Origin: Octopus sinensis
Lineage: Eukaryota
Direction: 5' to 3'
Length of the DNA: 64,000 nt
NCBI RefSeq assembly: GCF_006345805.1
Contig: NC_043000.1
Location: 68,386,001 to 68,450,000, forward strand
Shown here: positions 1 through 13,000 of the stretch, one piece after another
Numbering within the stretch: position 1 is the stretch's first letter
Layout: each line of letters opens with the position of its first letter
Translations under genes and position numbers: made by a program
The notes under the pieces: generated by a model
What the model saw: the letters and a program-made list of their open reading frames with translations, nothing else
The model's database searches: none
What the model was told of the DNA's origin: nothing

Positions 1-23
1 CGAAGACATAATGTATTATGCCC

Positions 24-68
<45 letters not shown>

Positions 69-131
69 CGCGTAATGCTTTTGTCTATGTACACGCATAA
101 ATGTAATTCATTTCCAAATAAATTGAATATT

Positions 132-217
132 TTAGGCTCCGATGAAGCTATAAGGTGTTACTCAGACACTCAACTGTTAGTCCATTGCATCCTATAGCAG
201 AAACAACTGTAAGCTAA
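132..217 (+). ncRNA. Type I hammerhead-like motif with variant core (CCGAUGA), Penelope-type
   Basis: TTAGGCT-CCGATGA(139-145)-A-GCTATAAGG...CCTATAGC-A-GAAAC-AACT-GT-A-AGCTAA. Stems I, II and III can all be paired; the core has U4C and extra unpaired As. Confidence 0.4.
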
Positions 218-2102
218 TGAAGTTCATAAGATAATCGTTTAATCTTTTGTCATTTCATTTTTTTTTTTTTACTTAATGATGCTTTTGTAATTGGTATTGT
301 TGTTTTACTTGCTACAGGTGTTGTTATTTAGCTCCAGCTCGGCCCTCAGTGAGCAGTTTTAATATCAAAGGTATTCTATCCGCTATCAATTTGTACTTTG
401 CTAAGACATTAGTCCATCTAGGTAAACATTATCCACTGTGTTCTTTTCTCAGATGATCAATGTGATATGAGAGAGTTTTGGCTGCTATTTCCTAACATCT
501 ATCTTTCTAAACGGTTCGACATGTGGGGGAGTGGTGTCACCGCAGGGGATGGAGGAAAGTTAAGTTGAGTCGTAAGCCTTTCAATCATCAAGGATAATGA
601 TTTCAGTAACAGTTTGAGATAGAGGTCCTTGAGCGGGAGATAAGTAACTACTTGTGGTTGGAGGGGTTCGGCGAGTAGAAGAGACAGCAAGTTGGAGCAA
701 AGAGTAACTGGAAATTTTTCTTACTAACAACTAGGCAAAAGATGTTAGCAGAAGGAGTAGTTTCTCTGTAAACAGATAATCTGTCGTTTGGAGATAAAAA
801 TAAAGTGCCAGTCAAATACTAGTAGCCATTAAATCCACTGCACCTATCTTCCCAAAATGTATGGCTTTGTGTCAATGTAAGAAAAACTTACCGCGCATAG
901 AGTTGTGGGTAAGCCACCACCAGTTTTGAGTCAATGACTACATTTAAACTTATATTTTAAGTATTTATTCCAACTTCATACACGCATGTCACTAAAGCCA
1001 TTGAAATGGCTTGAAGGTCTTATAAAAATTTTCTTTGTACCTGTATCGGTACCGTCAACATTACTGACAGAGAAGAAGGCATGTAACAAATGTTAGAAAG
1101 CCGCAGTACATGCTACACACACGTGAGCGCGCGTATGTACGTACATATATACACATATTAATAAATAAATAAATAAATAAATAAATGAATATATATATAT
1201 ATAAACATAAACATACGTACATGCAAACAAGAAATTAGACTTATGGCTTTATATACATTTTATATACACATTCATTACTGAATGCACCATCGTTCAATAA
1301 AAACGAAATCCAGATGCAGATGTTTAATGTTGAAATGTCTCATATTTATATAATGATATTGTTTGTTTAAGAAGACAACAAAGAAAATAGAGTTTTGAAT
1401 TCATTTCAGTTCCAAAGAAAGTGAACTGGCAAATATTTACATCTTACTTACTTAATCCTCCACTTTCGAAAAGTCTTCGCATTTAATAATAGCAATTCGG
1501 ATGTGGGAGGAATATAGCAATAGTCGGCAGAGTTTGTAAAAGAATTATTGCTGAGATTTTAGAATTAAATATATGCGAATGTGTATGTTTGTAGCTGTTT
1601 ATGTGTATGTGTGTGTGCGTATATTTACTTTCCCAAACTGTATTTCCTCGATTTTATATGTAAACATTTTCATGTTGGGTTATATGTTGAGGCTTAATGT
1701 AAACTAGCTGAGTGGACATGGAATTACAAAGCAAGCTGTTCCACTCAGTTTCATTCCAGACACTTTGTTGTGTATCTAAGCAATATATTTAATTCTATAA
1801 ACCTCTGTCACGTTATCTGGCGATGCTATTTGCAATAAACAGGTGTCCTATCCAGGGAAAGATATAACCATACATTTCATGACACAAAAAAAAAAAATTA
1901 AGGGAAGAACTGATTTTTTAAAAGTCACACGATTTTAAGAGAAAAATACCTGAATGAACGAGTAGGGCCCAGGATAATTAACCTGGTCAGCATGAATTCG
2001 AATTCAATCTCATGTGGTATAAACTTTCAAGTTTATCAAAGTAGCTCAATTCTATATCCCTGCAACGAACCTATCAGCCTGTTATTATTGAAGTGTGTGT
2101 AA

Positions 2103-2315
2103 AGCGGCGAGCTGACAGAATCGCTAGCACGCCGGGCAAGATGTTTAGCGGCATTTCGTCCGCCGTTACGTTCTGAGTTCAAGTTCTGCCGAGATCAATT
2201 TTGCCTTTCATCTTATCGGTGTTAATGAAATCAGTACCAGTTGAATACTGGGATAGATGTAATCGACTTAGAGCCTCCCATGAAAATGCTGACCTTGTGC
2301 CAAAAATTTTAAACG
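2103..2315 (+). mobile_element. tRNA-headed SINE, family A
   Basis: GCGGCGAGCTGACAGAATCGCTAGCACGCCGGG head, GTTCTGAGTTCAA B-box-like motif, and the TTTGCCTTTCATC...AGTACCAG central domain shared with many copies in the window. Confidence 0.8.
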
Positions 2316-2414
2316 ATTATTAATCTGTGTGTATGTATCTATAGTTGTGCATTTTCAACATTAAGTTTCACTCATGCCAATATTAACTTTCCTGTCATCC
2401 TAAACATATATCTA

Positions 2415-2638
2415 TGTGTTTGTGTCTGAGTTTGTCACCCACCACCGCTTGACAATCGGTGGTGGTGTGTTTATGTCTCTGTAACTTAGCGGTTCGGCAA
2501 AAGACACCGATAGAATAAGTACCGGGCTTAAAACAAAAGTACTGGGATCAGTACATTTTACTAAAAATTCTTCAAGGCGGTGCCCCAGCATGGCCGCAGT
2601 CTAACGACTGAAATAAGTAAACGATAAAGATAAAAGAT

Positions 2639-2640
<2 letters not shown>
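2415..2640 (+). mobile_element. SINE family B, 3' portion
   Basis: CCACCACCGCTTGACAATCGGT...GATAGAATAAGTACC...CAGCATGGCCGCAGTC...GACTGAAATAAGTAAA matches the tails at 6570-6706 and 56500-56695. Confidence 0.75.
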
Positions 2641-2703
<63 letters not shown>

Positions 2704-2812
2704 AGACGTGAAGTTTATGAAAATAGCATTAGTGAAATCAAAGGTGCTGTCTTTAGTGACACGATATGACATATTTTCTCAGTAAAAATTTGGTCAAGTG
2801 CTTAGCGAAATA

Positions 2813-3650
2813 CAGGGTGTTTCAAAAAATTTTATATCATTTCGCAGTCTAATAACTTTGCCAGTTCTTGTTCAAATGAATTCAAATTTTAACAGCATGT
2901 GTAGAAACGGGTTACAATTTTATGTTTAATGTTTGATATGTTTATCTTTTCAGGTATAGAAATGGCATTCACTAGAAGAGAGAAGGCGATTTGTGTGTTG
3001 GAGTATGCTCAAATACAGTCGAACAAGACTGTGCAGCGTGCATTTGTGAGACAATTCTCTAAAATATCACCAATGGCAATGCAGATTTGGACATGACACA
3101 AAAAATTCAAAGAGGAAGGCTGTCTGTGCAGGACTAAAGGATCTGGACGACCATTAACATCGGAAGAGACGATCGAGCAGGTTCGCCAAAAACTCATGCG
3201 AAGCCCCAAGAAGTCCATAATAAGAACGAGTCTAGAAAACCAGATTCCTCCAACCATATCTTGGCGCGTCCAGAGGAAACGCTTGCTAATGAAACCCTAC
3301 AAGCTGCAGCTCCTTCAGGCCATAACGGCAGATGACAAGCGAAAGCGCAAACAACTCTGTGTTGATATGCAAGAGAAACTTGAAGCTGAGTTCAAGGAAC
3401 GTCTTGTTTTCAGTGATGAGGCCACATTTCATATGAATGGCAAAGTCAATAAGCATAATGTTTGCATTCGGGGCAAAGAAAATCCCCATGCCACAGTTGA
3501 GCATGAGAGTCACTCACCAAAAGTGTATGTTTTCTGCGCCATCTCCAAGAAGCATCTTCATGGCTCGTTCTTTTTTTTATGTGGGAATTGTGACCGGCGA
3601 TGTTTATCTAGCTAATGGATGAGCTCATTGCAAATGAACATGAAGACTTC
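2813..3650 (+). mobile_element. Tc1/mariner element (maT/DD37D-like, tentative), 3'-truncated
   Basis: TA followed by a CAGGGTGTTTCAAAA terminus, then a transposase frame. No matching right TIR found. Confidence 0.8.
2962..3615 (+). pseudogene. Tc1/mariner transposase pseudogene (HTH region to first catalytic D)
   Basis: MAFTRREKAICVLEY...GSGRP...KPYKLQLLQ...LVFSDEATFHMNGKVN...SPKVYVFCAIS; one in-frame TGA and loss of the C-terminus. Confidence 0.85.
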
Positions 3651-3687
3651 TGAATATTCAGTTGCTCGATCATCTGAACCACATCTT

Positions 3688-3763
<76 letters not shown>

Positions 3764-3838
3764 CGTTTTTTGTATTTGGTTTGCAAGATTCTTTATGTGA
3801 ATTCGTGTGCTGAAGCATATTTTATTGTGTCGGGTGGA

Positions 3839-4005
3839 GGGGAGTCATTCTCTTTTAGTGTCTAATTATTTAACACCGGTTCGATTTCCACTCATCGTTG
3901 ACGACTACTGAAAAGGTTGCAACACGCAACGGAAAAGTAAATGAGTGGAAATCGATCTGGAGAGTGTGTTAAATAATAAGGCACTAAAAGAGAATGACTC
4001 TCCCC
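3839..4005. mobile_element. Fold-back insertion with HHR-like spacer
   Basis: Inverted arms 3839-3895 and 3941-4005; the spacer holds CTGAAAA-G-GTTGC-AACAC-GCAAC-G-GAAA. Confidence 0.6.
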
Positions 4006-4045
4006 AGACATAATAATAACAACAACAACAACAACAACAACAACA

Positions 4046-4076
<31 letters not shown>

Positions 4077-4319
4077 CACAACAACAACAACAACAATAAT
4101 AATATAAGGTACTCTGACATAAAACTTGCAGTCAAAATAGTACCAGTCATCTTGCAATTATTTTTACTGGAACTTTCTAAGGTGACCGACAGAGTGGCAA
4201 AAGTGCAGCTTTTGTTACTTAAATCCATTGACGCGCAGATGTCTTACTATGTGAGACGACTATCATCAGACAAAATGAGGTAATCATCATATATAAAAGT
4301 AAATAGAATCTTTCATTTG

Positions 4320-4445
4320 GAAGACGAATATTCAGTTGCTCGATCATCTGAACCACGTCTTCATTCAATTTTTGTGTCTGTGGCTGAGTGTTCGCCAGTC
4401 ATGTGTATCCTTAGCGTTATTCTCAAGCAGAACCAGCGTGTGAAC
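4320..4445 (-). mobile_element. Diverged fragment of SINE family C 3' domain
   Basis: Aligns by eye to the reverse complement of 34140-34270 (CAGTTG...GATCA...GTGGCTGAG...GTGTA.CCTTA). Confidence 0.5.
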
Positions 4446-5581
4446 CTGGGTCATAGTAGGAAAAGGTTGGATATTTAAATTGCTATCTCCATCCATCCAG
4501 CCATCCAGCCAGCCAAAGATATTCCTCATCAAATTCCACCTCAGTTTTACTGAGAAGGCTTGCGTCGACCCGGTGGTAATTATTTGAATAAGACAAATGA
4601 AAGTATACCAAATTCCATATAAGGTAACTTATTGATTTCCTGTAATTAACTCCCCTTTTAAAGAAGGTAAAATAATCGTCTGGTGGAGACTGGAAATAGC
4701 TTCAAATGAGAAGGGGTGATAATCTCAAGAAATCTCCAAAGTGACGCGCCAGAAAGAGAAATAGAGGGGTGAAAGGGAGAAAAGGTGAGGAGGAGAGAGA
4801 CGAGGGAGAGAAAGAAAGAAAGAAAGAAAGAAAGGGAGAGAAAGAAAGAAAGAAAATAAGAGAAAGTAGCTATACTTATTTACATGTTTGTCTGTGTGCA
4901 TTTCTCTGCGTACGAAAACGAGTGAGGAAGAAAGAGAGAGAGAGGGAAATGAGAAGAGAGAGACAGAGAAAGAGAGAGAATGTATGTATGTATATATGTA
5001 TGTGCGAGTGTGTGCGTGTGTGTGTGTGCGCGCGTTTATACTTGTCTGTGTGAGAGTCAGCGCGTTTCAAACCCATCTAGGCGTATACAGCTACTTACCA
5101 CTACGTAGGTACACTTAATTGTATATGATTAGCTATGGTTCTATATGCATGGGTACCTTACGTGTGTAAGTATGCACAAAGCTGTGTTCAGGCACCTCTG
5201 CGCATGTGTGAGTGCATCACAATATGTGTTTTTTTCTTTTTTCCCTTCACTATTATGGTTCGCGTAGTTTTCTATACTTTCAATTGTTTAGTTATTTTTA
5301 CAGATACTTAGAAGCAGCCATTTGTAAAATAAACTGTATAGCGCGTGAATCGCATCTTAAGACCCCTTTTCTTGTCAAAATCACATATATTTTAAATTTT
5401 CAAATGACTTGATACAAAGCTTGACGCTTGGTTAAGTTTTACCACCTACCAAGATTACTCATTAGGTCCCAGGGGTTAAAGGTTCGCGCCAATACATTAT
5501 ATATATACATATATGTGCACAGACGCAAGCACACACACACGCACACACACACACACACACACAAACAGACACACACACACA

Positions 5582-5618
<37 letters not shown>

Positions 5619-6017
5619 ACACATACACACATACACACACACACAAAGGCATACACACAGATACGCATACATACAAACGCGCATCTCTTTCTTTTTCACA
5701 CATGCATATATAAACATATATACATGCATATTTGCTCTCAGGCAATAGACAAAGATTCATGAGTGACTAATCCGTATTTCTTTTATTTTTAGGGAAAATC
5801 GTTCACAAACATGACTACTCTTCAACTAGGACCTCCTAGGTTGATATAAGACTACTTGAAGGGTGAGAATAAATTGGATGCGTATAGGAAGGGTTGGTAC
5901 TTTGCCAGAATTCGATTGTTTGAATCGTTAGTGTGTACGTGTAGGCATATATATGCATATATACATAAATACATACAAATGTAGGTACGTGTCTATCTAT
6001 CTATTTTTATATGTGTG

Positions 6018-6095
<78 letters not shown>

Positions 6096-6115
6096 GGTGT
6101 GTATACCTATGATAA

Positions 6116-6160
<45 letters not shown>

Positions 6161-6169
6161 TATATATAT

Positions 6170-6285
6170 ATCACGTGATCACGTGACCGACCAGTCCATC
6201 AGATGTAGTTACACATCGCTGGTCACAATGCGTTCGCATTATTTTAGCCTTCAAATGACGCCACCCCGCTGGCTAAGCGAGCAGG

Positions 6286-6287
<2 letters not shown>
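6170..6287 (-). mobile_element. Solo SINE 3' tail module embedded in (TA)n
   Basis: ATCACGTGATCACGTGACCGACCAG...CACATCGCTGGTCACAATGCG...GCTAAGCGAGCAGGCC; same module at 53541-53650, 61286-61340 and 23080-23170. Confidence 0.75.
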
Positions 6288-6358
<71 letters not shown>

Positions 6359-6371
6359 ATGTATGTATATA

Positions 6372-6706
6372 GGCGCAGGTGTGGTTGTGTGGTAATAAGC
6401 TTGCTTCCCACTACATGGTTCCGTGTTCAGCCTCACTGCGTGGCGCCTTGGACAGGTGTCTTCTACTAAAACCTAGGGCCGACCAAAGCCTTGCGAGTGG
6501 ATTTGGTAGACGGAAACTGAAAGAAGCCCGCCGTATATATTTATATGTATATATTTGTGCGTCTGTGTTTGTCCCCCCACCACCATCATCGCTTGACAGT
6601 ACTAGACTTACAAAGAATAAGTCCTGGAGTCGATTTGTTCGACTAAAGGTGGTGCTTCAGCATGGCCGTAGTCAAATGACTGAAACAAGTAAAAAAGTAA
6701 AAAGAC
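6372..6706 (+). mobile_element. tRNA-headed SINE family B
   Basis: GGCGCAGGTGTGGTTGTGTGGTAA head, GGTTCCGTGTTCAG B-box-like motif, GGATTTGGTAGACGGAAACTGAAAGAAGCCCG, internal (TA)n and family tail. Confidence 0.8.
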
Positions 6707-6824
6707 TATATATATGTATATGTGTGTGAGTATGTGTCTATATATTTATATAAACATGCAAAAGCATACAGATGTGTGCATATTTAAACATATGATAGAC
6801 AGATAGATAGATAGATAGATAGAC

Positions 6825-6907
<83 letters not shown>

Positions 6908-7214
6908 CAAAGAGAGAGGAAGGAAGGAAGGAAGGGAGAGAGAAGGGCGTGTTTCTGCACAGATTTCGTCGAAGAAATTTCAGTCAAAATGCTTGGTCAA
7001 TCCGAGGCTATGATAGAAGAATTGTGCAGTGAGATTGAACCAAAGTTCACAAAGTTGCAAAACCATCTTTTCCGCTAGGTAGCCACTCAATCTAGGTAAC
7101 CATTCCAATCAAAGTATAATTGAAGATACTGTAGACAACGTTGTTCCATGTACTGGCGGTTAGGAGAAGTGTGCATATGTAGTTGTATTAATGAAGTCAA
7201 ACCAAATAGTAATA

Positions 7215-7365
7215 TTTTGAAATCATTTTACGTACGTTTAAGGTCTGCGGAGGAATTCCAACCACGTATCGTGGTTTGCTACCTCAACAGCTCCTTTATA
7301 GGATCCAGTGGCGAAAGACATCCTCAGGAGGAACCACGCCCAGTTTCGCCCCTACTCCTCTACTG
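7215..7365 (+). pseudogene. Short decayed LINE RT fragment (RTE-like)
   Basis: Frameshifted YRGL..LLYRIQ / DILRRNHAQFRPYSST resembles the NYRGI..ILRxNQNGFRxxRST RT motif. Confidence 0.35.
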
Positions 7366-7759
7366 TTAATATATAACAGGAAATGCGTAAGACCTTCCTC
7401 AGTGAAAAACATTTCAAAATAATTAGAAATATTTTGAATGTAGGTCTTCGTAATGGTTGCATTTTCTATTATATATTACGCAGACGTGAAACGTACAAAT
7501 TAAATGATTTCAAAATATTACTATTTGGTTTACTACAATTTATACGACTCGACGCCAGTACAAACTAGCTGGTCTTGACTCCACTCTGCATAAGTGACTA
7601 TAAAAACAATTTGGAGTAGTTTGTTACATTTGACTCAAGTCGAAAATTCTGGTACTGTGCAGTTTCTCAGAGTAACACAACACACACACACATAGACATA
7701 TACATATATATATGCTTATATATGTTCTACACACACACACACACACACACATATATTAT

Positions 7760-7825
<66 letters not shown>

Positions 7826-7838
7826 GTACACACACACA

Positions 7839-7879
<41 letters not shown>

Positions 7880-8205
7880 CACACACAAGTGTGTACAATT
7901 ATATTTAACATGTTCATGTACGCCCGGACGTGGAAAGACCTTTGCAGCACAAATTGTCTTGAGGTAAAAATTATTGTTATACACAATACGTGTGAAAATA
8001 CGGCACTGAGCTGTGGATGACGTCACACGACTGTGGGACGCATGTGTATCTGCATCGTTACATTTCATCAACTATGGACATTTGTTCATATATGCAGAGC
8101 TTAGTCATGCTGAAATTAATTAACTAGAAATGCACATAGTAGCGTTGTTTGAACTATAGATGTGTGTACAGTTATAATTAACATGTACGTGTACGTTCGA
8201 ACATA

Positions 8206-9459
8206 CGAGGGGCGTTCAATAAGTAATGCCCCTGACCCACTTCCCATAGCAGTAGAGCAACGAAACTTGGCACAGTTATTGGTCTTTTTCTACATAGGAA
8301 CCACCCAGAGTTACGCATTTCTCCCATCGTTTGATACAGCTTTGAAGACCGTTTTTGTAGAAGACCCCAGCTTGGTCCTACAACCACGACGTGACTTCAG
8401 AAATCAAGGCTACATCATCCGGGAAACGCTTTCCTGTCAAAAACAACTTCATGGCTGGGAAGAGGTGAAAATCAGAGGGTGCAAGGTCAGGAGAGTAGGG
8501 GGATGGGGGAGGAGTTCATAGCCGCACACCTGTGCTTCTGATCTGGCGAGACGCGATTTGTGGACCAGAGCATTGTCCAGGCAGGAGGAGGATGCCTTTG
8601 CTGATCTTGCCCCGCCTCTTGATTTTGATAGCTTCTCTTAATTTCCTCAAAAGTGAAGCATAATAGGCTCCTGTAATTGTGGTACCCTTTGCCAGGAAAT
8701 CTGTTATCACTACTCCGTCCTGGTCCCAGAAGACTGTGAGCATGACCTTGCCAGCGGAGAGCTGCACCCTGCATTGACTGGGCTTTGGTCTCTGGATCAT
8801 AGTGATGGACCTAGGTTTCATCCTGTGTAATCAGTTTTTTGAACAATTTTGACTCTTTTCCTTGGCACATCTCCAAATTCAGCCTAAAACACTCGATGCG
8901 TTCCTGCTTCTGGAAAGGTGTGAGCAGCCTGAGAATCCATCTGGCAGACACCTTTTGCATATGCAAATGGTCATGAATGATAGTTTCCACAGACCCGGTA
9001 CTAATCTTGACCTCATGGGCTATTTGGCGAATAGTTATGCGTCGATCTTCCAAAATGGCAGCCCCAACTTGACGGACAGATGCCTCATCAATGGCAGAAG
9101 GGGGCGACCAGATCTGGGAGCTGTTTCCACAGAGTTCCGACTATGTTTGAATTCACGATGCCAGCGTTTTACAAGGTCATATGATGGGACATCATCACCA
9201 TAAGTTACTTTCATTTCATCAAAAGTCTCCCGTGGTGTGCGTCCTTTCAAATACAAAAACTGGATCACTGCTCGACACTCAACAGGCTCCATTTCACACT
9301 TGACTCAGTTCAAACACCTGTAAATCAGAAACCACAATTAGTTCAGAGCTGTAATTTGCCACTTAATCTATAGAGATATAAATAATTGCACATGCAAAAT
9401 TTCAACTAAATCAAACAACTGCAAGTGGGTCAGAGGCATTACTTATTGAACGTCCCTCG
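8206..9459 (-). mobile_element. Full-length mariner (DD34D, irritans-like) with TIRs and TA TSD
   Basis: 37-bp TIRs CGAGGGGCGTTCAATAAGTAATGCCCCTGACCCACTT with 2 mismatches; TA at 8204-8205 and 9460-9461. Confidence 0.95.
8276..9292 (-). pseudogene. Mariner transposase, frameshifted
   Basis: MEPVECRAVIQFLYLKG...PRSGRP, SARWILRLLT, LITQDET, GKVMLTVFWD, YYASLLRKLREAIK, SPDLAPSDFHLF-type motif and YVEKDQ* across several frames. Confidence 0.92.
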
Positions 9460-9608
9460 TAGAAAGAGCTTTGCTGCAGAATTTGTTTCGGAAGTAAAGA
9501 ATCTTTTTCTAGGCAATGTGTATGAAGACACATTTTAAGACAACCAATGACGTTAGCGGTCCATAGGATACATGACTTTCTACGTGAACACGAGTGTGTG
9601 TGTGTGTT

Positions 9609-9656
<48 letters not shown>

Positions 9657-9789
9657 TGTGTGTGTATGTGTGTGTGAATGTGTGTGTGTGTGTGTATGTG
9701 TGTGCGTGTGTGTGTACATAGAGGGAACCAAGCTGTCGCATCGAACAAAAAATGAGTTGTATTTAGTTATTTTCTTTTATGCTATGTTG

Positions 9790-10010
9790 GACCGGGAAAT
9801 CTGGAATTGATTGCACCGGTTTTGCAAGATCGCTGCAATAACTATCAGACAAAATACTGAGGTCCATGTATTCGACAAAAGCATCATCAACGACTGCGTC
9901 GCAGCATGGCTTCAGTCCGAAGAGTAGCACCATGAAAGTATATCCTTGTTTGTCCTTCCAACACAGATTCCAAGAAGGACTCCTTGCTTCTTCCACAAAT
10001 TGAGGGGTTC
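9790..10010 (+). pseudogene. CR1/Jockey-group LINE RT fragment
   Basis: + frame ...SSTTASQHGFSPKSSTMK resembles the QHGFRPxRST RT motif. Confidence 0.4.
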
Positions 10011-13000
10011 AAAGTTTTCCATAGTCAATTATCGTCAGCATCTTTTATGACATAATGAATTTATTGTATACAGTGCTCAGGTGCACCATATATATATATG
10101 CATACATACATATATATGTGTGCGTGTGGGTGTGCGTATGTGTGTGTGGGGGGTGTATATATATGCACATGCATACATACATAACAGTTTGACTCAGCTC
10201 TATATGATGTGTAAAGTTTCATGGATGCGTAGGACGAACGCATTTAATCAGATTTCGGAAGAAGAGCCTTCTTCCGATGATATCTCATCTGATGGGTTCG
10301 TCCTACATTGGTTATATAAAGAAAACTTATGAAGTGGGAGGTTATTTTTAAAATTTGCTACAATATAAGATTAAATATTATTAAAAATTGTGCGTAAAAA
10401 ACGCCTAAGTATACTCATTGTATATGTAGTTTAAAATTCTTTCCGTAGCGGAAATGATAGCTCAATGTGGGTGGCAGCAACACAGTACCTTTTATTTTGC
10501 AGTGGAATGGGCTCAGTCAGAATGACCTATCATTAATATCCCTATGTATAAGGACGGCATTTCCAGGCATTGACCAGACGAGAAAAACGCGATTATTTAT
10601 GAAAATAAAACAATGCACCATTAAAACATGTGCATTAATTATCTTTATGTAACGTATATCTCATCTCGCTCGAAAATTATCTTGGAATAGAGAATATTTG
10701 ACAACGAAAGGATCCCGCTTTGGATAGTTTAGTCTCCATTTCCGGTGATACCTAAACAATCTGCTCTAAGTCAGCTTATCTGTTTATGTCTGTACTAAAA
10801 CTGAATGAAACTTAAAATTAGACCTAAATACTTATTTTTCAGTTGTTATACATGCATGTTTGTGGTAGAGGTTATTAACTAAAAGTTGTTTTAGATCAAG
10901 ACTAGAAATATATTCTTATATAACAGTCTGTGTATCATACTTAGAGTATGATACACAGACTTTCCACTAAGGAAAGCCTGATAAACTGATGTATTCGCCT
11001 CGAAATAGCATTTCTTAAAGACGGATAGTGTTACAAACACTCCCTCTTTGGGCAGAAATATGCCTTTAGCAATGCTACCACATCTGCCGCACAATTTTCG
11101 ACCGCTACTGATATATTTCTGTGTGTGTTTTTTTTTTTACTTTATACATGTGAAAGAGATGCTATCTTGAGACGATTATCGTAGTTTGTCAGGCTTTCTA
11201 CGATGTACATATTTAGGAAATGATATACAGATTGCTATTTTGAACTAATACCATTTCTGTTACTCATAGCGAATTTTATGCTATTTTACAGTTGCGACTC
11301 CATTCTCTGTTAATTTTTTCTTCCCTCTCTCTCCCTCCCTCCTTTTCTCTCTTTGTGTGTGGGTGTGTGTGTGTGTATTTAAAGGCTAAGATCCAGGAAT
11401 CCAAGTATAAGAAGTTTGTAAGCTTTAAGCAGTCTGTGGCAGGTACAGAAAACAAAAAGTGGATAGTGTATGATTAGGAACAATAACAATTTATTGGCAT
11501 TGAAGGTTACACACTTTTTCCATATCGAAGTTACGAGGAAATTCGATCAGCTGAAAATCTCTGCATAGCTTACGGTTAGCAACTAGAGTTCCTACAAATG
11601 CAAATAAAAATCCAAATTGAGGGAGTGGAACGGATAAAATCCAGGCTACATATGTTTCTTAGCTAGCTGATCCACTGATGTAATAATTACTCAACAAGAG
11701 GTACTCAACTTAGCTAATTGTCAAGTCGAAAATACCTTAATTACATGACGGTTACACTGTCATTTGGGATTCTCAAGTTAACTCACCGCAGATGTGAGTT
11801 GAAATGAGTGGTGAAACCAGAAGATGAGAATAAAAAGAAACAAATGCTTGAAGAAATAAAACGGTCAAGAAGTAAGACAAAGAAAGGGTGAGGTCAAATA
11901 TTTGGGAGTGGGACTCGTATGAGGTTGTTGGGAATGAAGAACAGGAGAAGGGGAAGAAACACAGGGGTGATAGGAGTAGATGGTTGTTATAGATATTAAG
12001 CTGGGATGGGTAAAGATAGTAGTGGATAATTGATACTGGTACTGTTGGCCGCCTGACAACATCACAGTAAACATACGCATTCGCGCACCCATGCATGCAC
12101 ACGTACACACAATTCACATCCGTTTTATCAACATAGGTATAAATGCGCACGCACGGCAACGCGCGCGCACACACACACACATGCAAACAAATGTTTATAC
12201 GCCATAGCCGAGCGTGCGTCTACAGCACGTGTACTTTCCCTTGTAAGTAAGTATATAAATAAATATGTCTCAGTGCCCGAGGGTGTGCGCACGCATCCAT
12301 AGGCATAAGACTCCACCTGTATGCACATGCACTTCTATATATATATCAGTCTCGCATATAGCTAGATATACCAAACTGCAGGTTTGCACGTATATATGCA
12401 TATCCACGAGGAGAGCGAAACTCATACTTATGCAAATATGAGATCAAAATTGCTTTTGATGAGTAATTTTAAAAATACTAAGAGTGAGGTGTCAAGAATT
12501 TGGAAAGAATCAGAATTTTTGTATTTTGGTGAATGCCGAAAGCAAAAATGGTACTTTCCTGGCGAGCGGCGGCTGCGAAGAGGTTTCAAGGTTTCAAACG
12601 GGTATTGAAACAAGCTCCACAATAGCTGGTTGAAATCATTTCACTAATGCCCCAGTAAAACTTATAGTCACACTGCTCATTCATTTGCCTCGAATGATAA
12701 AGCTTTTGTAAATAATTAAAAAGCAAACACGTTAGAAATTAAAAGATTTAATTCGATTTCATTATACATCCGAAAGAGAAGTTAAAATGTTAATTCGCAT
12801 GTGTATGCGTGCAATAGGAAGCGTGCAATATGCGTGAAAACACCTGTGGATTTGGATCTCCAAACTACAAGAAATTATATAGTTCTCTCCATCTTCTTGC
12901 CAAGGAATTCAGAAACAATCAAATCTTGTAGTTCTTTCTTACCGACTAATGTAGTTTTTTTTTTAAGCTTTCCATTTCTTTTCTGTCATTCTCCTTTATA

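Noticed and set aside
500-800. Minus-strand IILDD*KAYDS resembling an RT motif
   Set aside because: Single short motif with stops; too weak to list as a feature.
4200-4290. Minus-strand CTGATGA with a downstream GCGCGT palindrome
   Set aside because: No GAAA and poor stems; too degenerate to call.
7890-7963. CTPGRGKTF resembling a Walker A motif, followed by a donor-like site
   Set aside because: First glycine missing, acceptor lies in a CA repeat, no supporting motifs.
9763-9996. Protein-looking minus-strand ORF
   Set aside because: Antisense to a LINE RT motif; no splice context.
12547-12580. GTFLASGG resembling a WD40 repeat
   Set aside because: No splice signals or remainder of the repeat.
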